Source: Bacteroidales bacterium (GTDB lineage: Bacteria > Bacteroidota > Bacteroidia > Bacteroidales > GCA-2748055). From it: DNA of 64,000 bases. The notes beneath the pieces are model-generated. The model was not told the origin of the DNA and did no database searches. It was given only the letters and a program-made list of their open reading frames with translations. The stretch spans positions 1,521 to 65,520 of the forward strand of contig JAWOHR010000063.1 of NCBI GenBank assembly GCA_046485075.1, in the 5' to 3' direction. The translations under genes and the position numbers were made by a program. This document shows positions 15,919-24,667 of the stretch, piece after piece (position 1 is the first letter of the stretch; the number at the start of each line of letters is the position of its first letter).

Positions 15919-16434
15919 ATGAGCACAAAAAAGCATGCGGAGCATCCACATCTGACGGGTGAACATCGTTGGGGAGATGCAATCCAACTGGTCCTTCTGA
16001 TTATTTTCCTGGGCCTGTGGATCACTGATTCTTTTGTTTTCCATTACTCCACAATCTTAAGGGAGGTGATTCCCGAATACCTAAGGATTGCTTTGGCGTC
16101 GATGGTTCTTTTTACCGCATGGATCCTTGCCCGAAGCGGGATGAAGGCAGTCTTCGGCACGAAAAGGGAAAAGCCTGAAGTGATCAATACCGGGGCATTC
16201 AGGCTGGTCAGGCATCCCATCTATACCGGTGCAATCCTTTTTTACCTGGGGGCTATCCTGATTACAGGATCACTTTCAGCCGCCGCTTTCTGGTTGGTTA
16301 TCATCACAACGTATATATGGATTGCCCGATACGAAGAACAGATTCTTACTATCGAATTCGGCGATGAGTATACGGCCTATAAGAAAAAAACAGGCATGTT
16401 ATTTCCACGCTTGTTTTCAGGATTTCGCAGGTAG
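15919..16434 (+). CDS. isoprenylcysteine carboxyl methyltransferase (ICMT)-family membrane methyltransferase
   Basis: 171 aa with multiple TM helices. RLVRHPIYTGAILFYLG and ARYEEQILTIEFGDEY are typical ICMT/PEMT-family C-terminal motifs. The gene starts 5 bp after the preceding gene. Confidence 0.7.
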   Translation: MSTKKHAEHPHLTGEHRWGDAIQLVLLIIFLGLWITDSFVFHYSTILREVIPEYLRIALASMVLFTAWILARSGMKAVFGTKREKPEVINTGAFRLVRHPIYTGAILFYLGAILITGSLSAAAFWLVIITTYIWIARYEEQILTIEFGDEYTAYKKKTGMLFPRLFSGFRR

Positions 16435-16454
16435 TACCCCTGTATGATCTCCAT

Positions 16455-17771
16455 TCATGGCTTCAATGCATACCTGATCAGGGTAGCCAGTGTGGGTTTT
16501 TGTCCCTGGATCAGGATGGCTGTCCGAAATACCCTTGCTCCTACCCATACTGTAAACAATGTAAAGAGGATCACTCCAATGAGCCCTGCGATGGGTTGCC
16601 AGATGGGGATGGTTACCGTTGAGGCCATTCTGACCACCATCAATGATGGTGTAAAGATAGGGATCAGCGACATCGTTGTGGCAAAAGCTCCCCCGGGATC
16701 CTGGATAACAGGCATCATCAGGAACATTGGAATGATCGCAGGAAGGATTCCAGGGAAAGTGAGCGAAGAGGCGTCCTTGGTGTCGTTACATGTGGCACCC
16801 AGGGCAGCCATACCCGAACCCACCATCAGGATGAAGAGCACGGAAAACACAAAGAACCAGGGGAATACATCATATGGTATCAGGGATTGCATACCCATAT
16901 AATTGAGGGTAAAGACTCCGGCAGCTATGTAGATGGTTGCTGTGGTCAGCGATACCCCAACTCCGCCAAGGACTTTTCCCATCATGAACTGGAAGGGAGT
17001 TACAGAGCCCAGCAGGACTTCGGCAATTTTCTCATTCTTCTCCTCCATAACAGCTGTCAGCTGCGGGATGGCACCCATCATGACCAGCATAAACATCAGG
17101 ATCATCATGACATACGGAACCACAAAAGATTGCAATTCATTGGATTTTTCGGCCCCCTGTTGTGCTCCTGTTTTTTTGTCCACACTGGCCAGCCCCATCC
17201 CTTCTATTCCGATCCATTTGGTCAGATGACGGGTTTGTTCATTATCCAGATTGAGTTCAGCAGCCCTTATGATCTGGGCTTGCTTGTTCAGTGAATTACT
17301 GAACCAACCCCTGTAAGGATCGTTAAAAGTGTGCTCGGAGTAGTAACGCAGGTAGGCACCCGACTCTACGCCGTCTCCGTGAATAAATCCCGGTCCAATC
17401 TCTATGTAAGCATACAATTCGGCCGACTTTACCCGGTTTGAAAGGGAGAGCTGCTGACCGGTGGAATCCAGTTGATCGTACGAAGTAAAATCAACCACGA
17501 AAGCCGGCTGGGTCTGTTCACCTGTTTTGGAATGAATGATCTCTTTGGTGTTTCTCACCTCAACAGCCTGTTGAAGGTATTCCCGCAGTTCACCGGTACG
17601 GTCTATCACTGTAAAATGTTTATCCTCGGTGTCAACTTTATTCTCCGAAATGATAACAGCTACAAAACCGCCACCCATCATGATGGGTACCAGTAACAAA
17701 CTGATTATAAAGCTTTTGGTTCGTACGGCTGCACGGTATTCACGTTTAAAAAGAGTCATGATTTTACGCAT
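16455..17771 (-). CDS. ABC-2 type transporter permease (NatB-like)
   Basis: The architecture is a TM helix, a large extracytoplasmic loop, then a C-terminal cluster of TM helices. I moved the start to MRKIMTLFKREY (17769-17771), which overlaps the ATPase stop. The ORF track start is 17819. Confidence 0.8.
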   Translation of the reverse strand: MRKIMTLFKREYRAAVRTKSFIISLLLVPIMMGGGFVAVIISENKVDTEDKHFTVIDRTGELREYLQQAVEVRNTKEIIHSKTGEQTQPAFVVDFTSYDQLDSTGQQLSLSNRVKSAELYAYIEIGPGFIHGDGVESGAYLRYYSEHTFNDPYRGWFSNSLNKQAQIIRAAELNLDNEQTRHLTKWIGIEGMGLASVDKKTGAQQGAEKSNELQSFVVPYVMMILMFMLVMMGAIPQLTAVMEEKNEKIAEVLLGSVTPFQFMMGKVLGGVGVSLTTATIYIAAGVFTLNYMGMQSLIPYDVFPWFFVFSVLFILMVGSGMAALGATCNDTKDASSLTFPGILPAIIPMFLMMPVIQDPGGAFATTMSLIPIFTPSLMVVRMASTVTIPIWQPIAGLIGVILFTLFTVWVGARVFRTAILIQGQKPTLATLIRYALKP

Positions 17772-18675
17772 GGCTGACCTCCTTTCTTTCCGGGGATGCA
17801 ATCCGGATAAAAATATCATTCAATGAAGGTTTGGTGATCTCAAACAGGTTGATCCGGGTCTTCTTCAACAGATCGGCCAGGATTTTCTGGGGGTCGGTCC
17901 CCGGACTCAGGCGAACCTCCTGGAGCTTTCCGAAATTATTTACATTCTCAATCCCTTTCATCTCTTTCAGGGCATCCGCACCCAGTTCGGACTGGATCCG
18001 GAGGGTATCATTCCCATACTGATCCTGGATCTGTGCAAGGGTTCCGTCAAGGACCTTTTTACCTTTGTAGATCATAAAAATATAATCACACATCCTCTCA
18101 GCCATACTCATATCATGGGTGCTGAAGATGATGGTAGCACCCTGCTGTTGAAGCTCCAGGATCACATCCTTCAGGATGTCGGCATTTACCGGGTCGAGGC
18201 CACCGAATGGCTCATCCAGGATAATGATTTCGGGTTGGTGAAGGATGGTGGCAATGAACTGAAGCTTTTGCCGCATCCCTTTACTCAGGGTCTCCACTTT
18301 CTTTTCCTTATAAGCTTGCAGATCAAGTCTTTTGAGCCAGTAATCAATTTTACCCTTAATCCCGGTTCCCTCATTCAACTCTCCGTGGAACTCGAGCAAC
18401 TCCCCCAGCTTCATTTTTTTATATAGCCCACGGTCTTCGGGAAGGTACCCTACATTCCGGAGCCGGCGGGAGTCATGCGCTCTTCCGTTCATTTGAATGC
18501 TTCCCCGATCGGGATACATGATCTTCATGATCATGCGGATGGTGGTTGTTTTTCCGGATCCGTTTGGACCGATGAAACCATAGATACTCCCTTTAGGCAC
18601 CGAGAGGTTAAGGTCGTTTACCGCCCTGACCGATCCGAATGTTTTGGTTACACCGGCTAATTCGATGATATTCAT
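17764..18675 (-). CDS. ABC transporter ATP-binding protein (NatA-like)
   Basis: Walker A GPNGSGKTT, signature LSKGMRQK, Walker B IIILDEP. Confidence 0.9.
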   Translation of the reverse strand: MNIIELAGVTKTFGSVRAVNDLNLSVPKGSIYGFIGPNGSGKTTTIRMIMKIMYPDRGSIQMNGRAHDSRRLRNVGYLPEDRGLYKKMKLGELLEFHGELNEGTGIKGKIDYWLKRLDLQAYKEKKVETLSKGMRQKLQFIATILHQPEIIILDEPFGGLDPVNADILKDVILELQQQGATIIFSTHDMSMAERMCDYIFMIYKGKKVLDGTLAQIQDQYGNDTLRIQSELGADALKEMKGIENVNNFGKLQEVRLSPGTDPQKILADLLKKTRINLFEITKPSLNDIFIRIASPERKEVSHA

Positions 18676-18718
18676 ATGAAAAAGTAACTTGTGAGGAGCC
18701 CCAAGTTAGCGATTTCAG

Positions 18719-18753
18719 AAAAAAAACCGCCTTGAAAAATAATTATTTTTCAA
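18719..18753 (-). terminator. AT-only palindrome plus T8 immediately after acs; possible weak terminator
   Basis: The minus strand reads TAA-cga-TTGAAAAATAATTATTTTTCAA-ggcgg-TTTTTTTT. It is atypical because the stem is AT-only and a spacer precedes the T-run. Confidence 0.3.
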
Positions 18754-18756
18754 TCG

Positions 18757-20664
18757 TTACTCTTCCAGGCTGGTTAGATCGCCCTCATCCTGACCCAATG
18801 CCCTGGCTTTTAACACCCGCCTCATGATTTTTCCGCTCCTGGTCTTGGGCAGTGATTCGGCAAAAACCACGAAAGCTGGTTTTGCTATGGGGCCAATCTC
18901 ACTGGCCACATGTTGTTTCAGTTCGTTGGAAAGAGCCTCTGAACCAGAATAACCGGTAGCGAGAATCACAGTGGCATGGATAATATTGCCTTTGAGACTA
19001 TCGGGCAGGCCTATGGCTGCTGCTTCGGTAACCGCCGGATGACTAACCAGTGCACTTTCAATTTCAGCCGAACCCAACCGATACCCGCTCACCTTTAGTA
19101 CGTCGTCATTTCTGCCAATGATCCAGAAGTAACCATCTTCATCGATTTTTGCTGAATCACCGGTAAGATACCATCCCTGTTTTTCATATAATTTCCAGTA
19201 TTTTTCGATGAAGCGTTCCGGGTCACCCAGGATGGTGCGTGCCATTCCAGGCCAAGGACTGGTAATAACCAGGTTCCCTTCAGTTCCTTTTTCCACAGCT
19301 TTTCCCTTTGTATCCACCACCTGCATCTCGTTTCCAAAGAAGGGTTTGGTTGCAGATCCCGGCTTCAGTGGGGTGATGGGCAGCGGGGTAATCATAAATC
19401 CGCCGGTTTCGGTCTGCCACCAGGTATCCATGATGGGACACTGTTTTTTCCCGATTTCTTCGTAGTACCACTTCCATGCTTCCGGGTTGATGGGTTCACC
19501 TACCGAACCCAGGAGGCGCAAAGAGCTGAGATCATGCTTGTCTGCCCAGGAAGCCCCGTATCGCATCAGGCCCCGTATGGCTGTGGGTGAGGTATAGAAG
19601 ATGGTGACACCGTATTTCTCGATCATTTGCCACCACCGGTTGGGATAGGGGTGGTTGGGTGCTCCCTCGTACAGCAGGATCGTTGCTCCATTCATGAGGG
19701 GCCCGTAAAGGATGTATGAATGGCCCGTAATCCAGCCCGGATCAGCTGCACACCACCACCTGTCAATAGGTTGAATGTCAAATACATATTTAAAGGTAGT
19801 TGAAGTGTAGACAGAGTACCCACCATGGGTATGTACCAGACCTTTGGGTTTTCCGGTTGTTCCGCTTGTGTAGAGGATGAAGAGAGGGTCTTCGGCATCG
19901 GTTTTTTCAGTTTCACATTTTACAGAGGCGATGGGCATCCCCATCAGATCATGCCACCAGAAATCCCGGTCGTTTTCCATATAGCACTCCTTACCGGTTC
20001 GTTTTACCGCAATACAGACATCAATGGTGGGGGAACGGCGCATGGCTTCATCGGCAATAACTTTAAGTTCAGTGGAGTCACCACGGCGAAAGCCCCCATC
20101 GGCAGTGATCAGAATGCGGCTGTGGGCATCTGCAATCCTCTCTGCCAGAGCTTCTACGCTGAATCCTCCGTAAACCACGCTATGCACTGCTCCTATCTTG
20201 GCACAGGCGAGCATGGCAATAATAATCTCCGGAATCTGCGGCATATAGATGGTAATGATGTCCCCCTTCTTTGCACCCATGGCCTTCAGTACACTGGCGA
20301 ATTTTGAGACTTCCCTGTTCAGGGCAAAATAGGAATAGGTCCGCACGTCCCCCGGTTCTCCCTCCCATATGATTGCCAGTTTGTTTTTTGTTTCATTGGT
20401 TAGATGCCGGTCAATTGCATTGGCCACGATATTGGTTTGTCCCCCGGTGAACCACTGATAAAATGGTTTGTTGGAATCATCCAGAACCTTCTCCCATGGC
20501 TTATACCATAAGAGAGATTTTGCCTCTTCAGACCAGAAATCCTCACGGTGGGTAACAGACTTAATATATAGTTTCTCATACTCCTTGATACGGGCCTGAC
20601 CGATCACTTCCTTGCTGGGGTAATAAACAGAACCGTTTGATTTTAAAATGGATGTCTTGCTCAT
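18757..20664 (-). CDS. acs: acetyl-CoA synthetase (acetate--CoA ligase)
   Basis: 635 aa. The AMP-binding motif is YTSGTTGKPKG. The WWQTETGG segment and the C-terminal LPKTRSGKIMRR are typical of Acs. Confidence 0.9.
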   Translation of the reverse strand: MSKTSILKSNGSVYYPSKEVIGQARIKEYEKLYIKSVTHREDFWSEEAKSLLWYKPWEKVLDDSNKPFYQWFTGGQTNIVANAIDRHLTNETKNKLAIIWEGEPGDVRTYSYFALNREVSKFASVLKAMGAKKGDIITIYMPQIPEIIIAMLACAKIGAVHSVVYGGFSVEALAERIADAHSRILITADGGFRRGDSTELKVIADEAMRRSPTIDVCIAVKRTGKECYMENDRDFWWHDLMGMPIASVKCETEKTDAEDPLFILYTSGTTGKPKGLVHTHGGYSVYTSTTFKYVFDIQPIDRWWCAADPGWITGHSYILYGPLMNGATILLYEGAPNHPYPNRWWQMIEKYGVTIFYTSPTAIRGLMRYGASWADKHDLSSLRLLGSVGEPINPEAWKWYYEEIGKKQCPIMDTWWQTETGGFMITPLPITPLKPGSATKPFFGNEMQVVDTKGKAVEKGTEGNLVITSPWPGMARTILGDPERFIEKYWKLYEKQGWYLTGDSAKIDEDGYFWIIGRNDDVLKVSGYRLGSAEIESALVSHPAVTEAAAIGLPDSLKGNIIHATVILATGYSGSEALSNELKQHVASEIGPIAKPAFVVFAESLPKTRSGKIMRRVLKARALGQDEGDLTSLEE

Positions 20665-20812
20665 TTTGATTATTTAGAATCAATAAAAATAGAAAATTAT
20701 CTTTTAAAATGCAACTTCAGTCATTTACTGAGAGTATTATGACACTTTCAGAAAAAATTATGATTTCAGGTTATGTTAATATAACTTGGGGTACCAAACA
20801 ATCTTAAATCAA

Positions 20813-21295
20813 ATGTCTTCCAAAATTCCCCGCCGCGATTTTATTTTGAAATCCTCAGCTGCCTGTATGGGTGGATGTATGTTATTTGCCGGCAAAGAAG
20901 CCATGGCATCTTACTTGAAAGTTGAAAATATTGATCCGGAAAAGTTGTGCTACTGCAGTTATTCCTGTCCGACAGATTGTCATTTCCTGGTAGCCTCTGT
21001 CAATGATGATTCGGAATTGAAAAAGGCGGCATTCAGGGAGTGGGGACTTGCAGAGCATTACGGGATGGAATTTGATGCCGGGAAGGTTTTTTGTTTTAAA
21101 TGCAAGCCCGGGAATATGCCGGAAGGCCCTGTTCTGACTCATTGCACGGTGAGGGCATGTGCCATGGAGAAGGGCTACCAGGCATGTATTGAATGTGATG
21201 AACTTGTTTCTTGTGACAAAGCGCTGTGGACCCGCTTCCCGCAGTTCCACGAGGGGGTTGTTAAGATGCAGGCCAAATACCGGGAGCAGTCCTGA
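20813..21295 (+). CDS. DUF3795-like cysteine-rich protein with a twin-arginine signal peptide
   Basis: MSSKIPRRDFILKSSAACMGGCMLFAGKEAMA is followed by Cys clusters CYCSYSCPTDCHF, CFKCKPG and HCTVRACAMEKGYQACIECDELVSCDKAL. I moved the start from 20786 to the ATG at 20813. Confidence 0.65.
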   Translation: MSSKIPRRDFILKSSAACMGGCMLFAGKEAMASYLKVENIDPEKLCYCSYSCPTDCHFLVASVNDDSELKKAAFREWGLAEHYGMEFDAGKVFCFKCKPGNMPEGPVLTHCTVRACAMEKGYQACIECDELVSCDKALWTRFPQFHEGVVKMQAKYREQS

Positions 21296-21318
21296 TCATC
21301 AAAATTTGCACTGAATCT

Positions 21319-21999
21319 TCAGGCCCGGTTTCGGATCATAACTGGCCAGCCGTTTTTGAGGGCTATCTGTAATAATTTTTTGTCAGGATCTACTGCAACC
21401 GGATGTCCTACTGCTTTCATTACGTATTCATCGGTAAATGAGTCTCCATAGTAAAAGGCATCAGATTGACTGTACCCGTGGTTTTTGCAGTAGGTGATCA
21501 GCCTGTTCTCTTTCTCTTTTGCAAATACAAGGTTGCCCTGGGTTCTCCCGGTCAGGATTCCATTTACCGATTCCAGTTTAGAACAGATCAGGTCGTCCAT
21601 TCCCAGATATTTTGATACCTGGGTGCAGATAGGTTCGGAAGCTGAAGAGAGCAGCACCACCCCTCCGTTGCGGGATCTGTGCTCCTGGATGCTATCCATG
21701 ATTTCGGGACGAATTTTATTTACGATCTGGTTTGTGAAAACCTCCACACAAAGCTGGTTAATTTCCTCTGCTCTGAGGCCTCTAAGCCATGAGAGCATCC
21801 TGATAATCATCCTTGTGGGATCGCCGATCCTTAGTTTGTAAAGTATGGAGAGCCAAACAGCATGACGAAAGCGTCTTCCGTTCATGATGCCCCTTTTCCT
21901 GGCCTCATTCACCAGGTGGGTTGCACTGTTGTCCTCCAGGATCGTATGGTCAAGATCATAGAACGCGATGTATTCGAACTTTTCCCCGGTTTTCATCAA
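21319..21999 (-). CDS. HAD-IB family hydrolase/phosphatase
   Basis: AFYDLDHTIL (the DxDxT motif) and YYGDSFTDEY (the GDSxxD motif). Confidence 0.8.
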   Translation of the reverse strand: MMKTGEKFEYIAFYDLDHTILEDNSATHLVNEARKRGIMNGRRFRHAVWLSILYKLRIGDPTRMIIRMLSWLRGLRAEEINQLCVEVFTNQIVNKIRPEIMDSIQEHRSRNGGVVLLSSASEPICTQVSKYLGMDDLICSKLESVNGILTGRTQGNLVFAKEKENRLITYCKNHGYSQSDAFYYGDSFTDEYVMKAVGHPVAVDPDKKLLQIALKNGWPVMIRNRA

Positions 22000-22002
22000 T
22001 TC

Positions 22003-22938
22003 TCAGATTCGAAAAAAATGAGTTCCCCCCGGATTAAAAATAATATTTACTGCTGAAGGGATCACCTTCACATCAAAAATAGTGTCAAAATAGAGTTCCC
22101 CGTCCACATGGTAAGGGACTTCCTGTTCAAAGCTCACCCGAATTTTTTCTGTCTGGTAGTAGTTCACTTTAGGATCCTTCACATGGGTGCCCTTTGGAAC
22201 CATGGTGAGGATTTTTATTCTTTGGAGCAGGTTCAGTTTCTTTATCATACACACATCCAGTAATCCATCGTTGGCAATGGCCCCGGGGGTGAGGAAGAAA
22301 CTGCCGGCAAACCGCCTGCCCACCGCAATGGTATTGATAAAGCAATCGGAATCGGTATTTGAACCCGGGGAGATGATATTCACTTTTCGTTCCCTGTAGA
22401 AAAGAAGGGTTTTGAGGATGTGCCAGATGTATTTACTTTTCCCCGAACCTTTGGCTACTTCTCCGGGAACCACATAGTTTTCAGCTGCAACCTGCGCATC
22501 AAATCCCAGGCCCATCCCGTTGAGAAAGTGCCTGCCATTGACCATTCCCACATCCATTCTGATGGTGGGCTGTTGAAAAAGCAGGTCCCAGTGTTCCTCT
22601 GAAAAACGGTCGGGAAAACCCAGTATCTGAATGAAGTCATTACCCGTACCTGCCGGAATCAAACCCAGCGTCACACTTGTATTCCCAATAAGTGGTACAG
22701 CCACCTCATTCATGGTTCCATCTCCCCCTACCGCTATGAAGTGGGTAAAACCTTTTTCAAGAAACCTGGTGGCTATTTCAGTGGCGTGGCCATGAAATTC
22801 AGTCTGGATTATTTCCGCTAAAACAGGTTGTGCCTTCACACGCCTTTGAAGCTCCGGCAGCAGCTCCTTGCCATATCCTCCACCGGAGGTGGGATTCAAG
22901 ATGAACACCCATTTTTCCTTTTCACGCATTGGATGCAT
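22003..22938 (-). CDS. diacylglycerol kinase-family lipid kinase (YegS/DagK-like)
   Basis: FILNPTSGGG and IAVGGDGTMNEV are DAGK catalytic-domain signatures. The 311 aa length fits. Confidence 0.85.
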   Translation of the reverse strand: MHPMREKEKWVFILNPTSGGGYGKELLPELQRRVKAQPVLAEIIQTEFHGHATEIATRFLEKGFTHFIAVGGDGTMNEVAVPLIGNTSVTLGLIPAGTGNDFIQILGFPDRFSEEHWDLLFQQPTIRMDVGMVNGRHFLNGMGLGFDAQVAAENYVVPGEVAKGSGKSKYIWHILKTLLFYRERKVNIISPGSNTDSDCFINTIAVGRRFAGSFFLTPGAIANDGLLDVCMIKKLNLLQRIKILTMVPKGTHVKDPKVNYYQTEKIRVSFEQEVPYHVDGELYFDTIFDVKVIPSAVNIIFNPGGTHFFRI

Positions 22939-23653
22939 GGTATTTATTTCCTGATTCGAGCACGCGGATAACCCGGTTCATGATCTCCTCATCACTGACC
23001 AAAATGAGCGATTTACCCTCAATGGGAGGGTGGATCATTACTTCAAGTTTAGATCCGAAATTAATGTAGAACCTGTTTTTTGGTTTCAATTTATAGAAGC
23101 CATTGAGGGTTACCGGCAGAATATCATGACCGGTTGCCCTTAGCAGATGGATAAATCCACGGTAGAAAGAATTTAATTTTCCATCGAGGGTTCTTGTACC
23201 CTCAGGGAAGATGGCAATCGTATTCTTCAGAGCCTTTTCTTCCAGTGAAACCAACATTTTTCTTGTATTAGTTACATTACTTAATTTCATGGGTATATAA
23301 TCGGTCATTATAAGCATTTGTTTAAGTAATGGGATACGAAGTAATCTTTCGTGGCCGAACCAGGATACATTGGGATAAAAGGCCATGATTGCAATGATAT
23401 CAAACATACTGGCGTGGTTTGCAAGCAGGATATATTTTTCGCCCTTTTTAAAATGATTTCTCCCTTCAATACGAAGTCTTTTTCCCATCAATGGAAAGAC
23501 AGTCTTAGCCCAGAAGCTAAGGACAAGGCAGATACCTCTTTTCCATTTAAGATAGGCGAGGCACAGTATTATTACTACGATAACGGCCGTATAGGCATAT
23601 AGATAAAGGAATACAGGAACAGATAGAATGTTATAGAATTGGCGCCTGATCAT
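22922..23653 (-). CDS. 1-acyl-sn-glycerol-3-phosphate acyltransferase (PlsC family)
   Basis: An N-terminal TM helix, LANHASMFD (the NHxxxxD motif) and IFPEGTR. Confidence 0.85.
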   Translation of the reverse strand: MIRRQFYNILSVPVFLYLYAYTAVIVVIILCLAYLKWKRGICLVLSFWAKTVFPLMGKRLRIEGRNHFKKGEKYILLANHASMFDIIAIMAFYPNVSWFGHERLLRIPLLKQMLIMTDYIPMKLSNVTNTRKMLVSLEEKALKNTIAIFPEGTRTLDGKLNSFYRGFIHLLRATGHDILPVTLNGFYKLKPKNRFYINFGSKLEVMIHPPIEGKSLILVSDEEIMNRVIRVLESGNKYHASNA

Positions 23654-23775
23654 GGTTGAAAATATACGACTTTATTTTGAGCCAAAAAGGCCAGGCTGGC
23701 TTTTGAGCCTTTCGATGGCATCCAAATTGTCATGGATCAAAAATAATATTTAATTTTCCGCGGGTTTTAAAGGAT

Positions 23776-24648
23776 ATGAAGAATTACTGGGTCATAGGAG
23801 ATATACATGGAGAGTTGGTGTTGTTGGACCGGCTGATTGAACATATCAGACGTTTTAACCCGGAGTTGATCATTTTTGTGGGGGATTATATCGATCGGGG
23901 ACCACATTCAAAGGAGGTGGTGGACCGTATCATGAACATGGAGACAGAGGTGGTTTGTCTTATGGGCAACCATGAGATGATGATGCTTAATGCCATGGAA
24001 GATATGGGATATGGAAGCAGTCCCATAGAGCTCTGGTACTATAACGGGGGAGAAGCCACCATGCACTCCTTTGGATTTACAAGTTTTTTCAATTTTCAGT
24101 CCCGGATGGGGCCGGAATACAAGGAGTTTTTTAAAAACCTGGGTATGTGCTTCAGGCTTGAACCGGTAAAGGGATTGAAAATCCTGGTCACTCATGCCGG
24201 AATCTCACCGGCAATCCCGGTACGGGATCAGATCGGTATGAAGAATTACCTGGAACTGAACCGGTATCTTCTGGAGAGGCATATTGAGCCGGCTGCCTCA
24301 TTTCTCTGGACACGGGAGGATTTTTTCGAGAGTGATCCGGATCAGTGGGATAATCACCTTGTGGTTCATGGGCATACCCCGGTATTGAAATTGAAACAGT
24401 TCATTGAATCCAGCGGCCGGAATCATTTTTATTTTGCGGATGATGACGTTTGTATCAGGAGAAGTGGGGAGAGATGGGCTTCTATTGGTATCGATTCAGG
24501 ATCGGTTATCAGCGGTCGGCTGACCGGATTGGGCCTGTTTGTTGAAAATGAAAATAACAAGGCTTCCGGTGTGCGGATCAAAAGCATGACTGTATCCCGC
24601 GAAGATATTTTTCCCAGGGACCTGGGGCTGATCAGGGCAGAGAAATGA
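23776..24648 (+). CDS. PPP-family metallophosphoesterase (Ser/Thr phosphatase / ApaH-like)
   Basis: VIGDIHGE, GDYIDRGPHS, GNHE and VHGHTP motifs appear in the canonical order. Confidence 0.85.
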   Translation: MKNYWVIGDIHGELVLLDRLIEHIRRFNPELIIFVGDYIDRGPHSKEVVDRIMNMETEVVCLMGNHEMMMLNAMEDMGYGSSPIELWYYNGGEATMHSFGFTSFFNFQSRMGPEYKEFFKNLGMCFRLEPVKGLKILVTHAGISPAIPVRDQIGMKNYLELNRYLLERHIEPAASFLWTREDFFESDPDQWDNHLVVHGHTPVLKLKQFIESSGRNHFYFADDDVCIRRSGERWASIGIDSGSVISGRLTGLGLFVENENNKASGVRIKSMTVSREDIFPRDLGLIRAEK

Positions 24649-24667
24649 AGGGGGCTCCCCGGCCAGA

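Noticed and set aside
16444-17294. 152-aa, 135-aa and 98-aa plus-strand ORFs inside the ABC permease gene.
   Set aside because: They are antisense shadow ORFs within a gene with a clear membrane-permease pattern, and they have no motifs.
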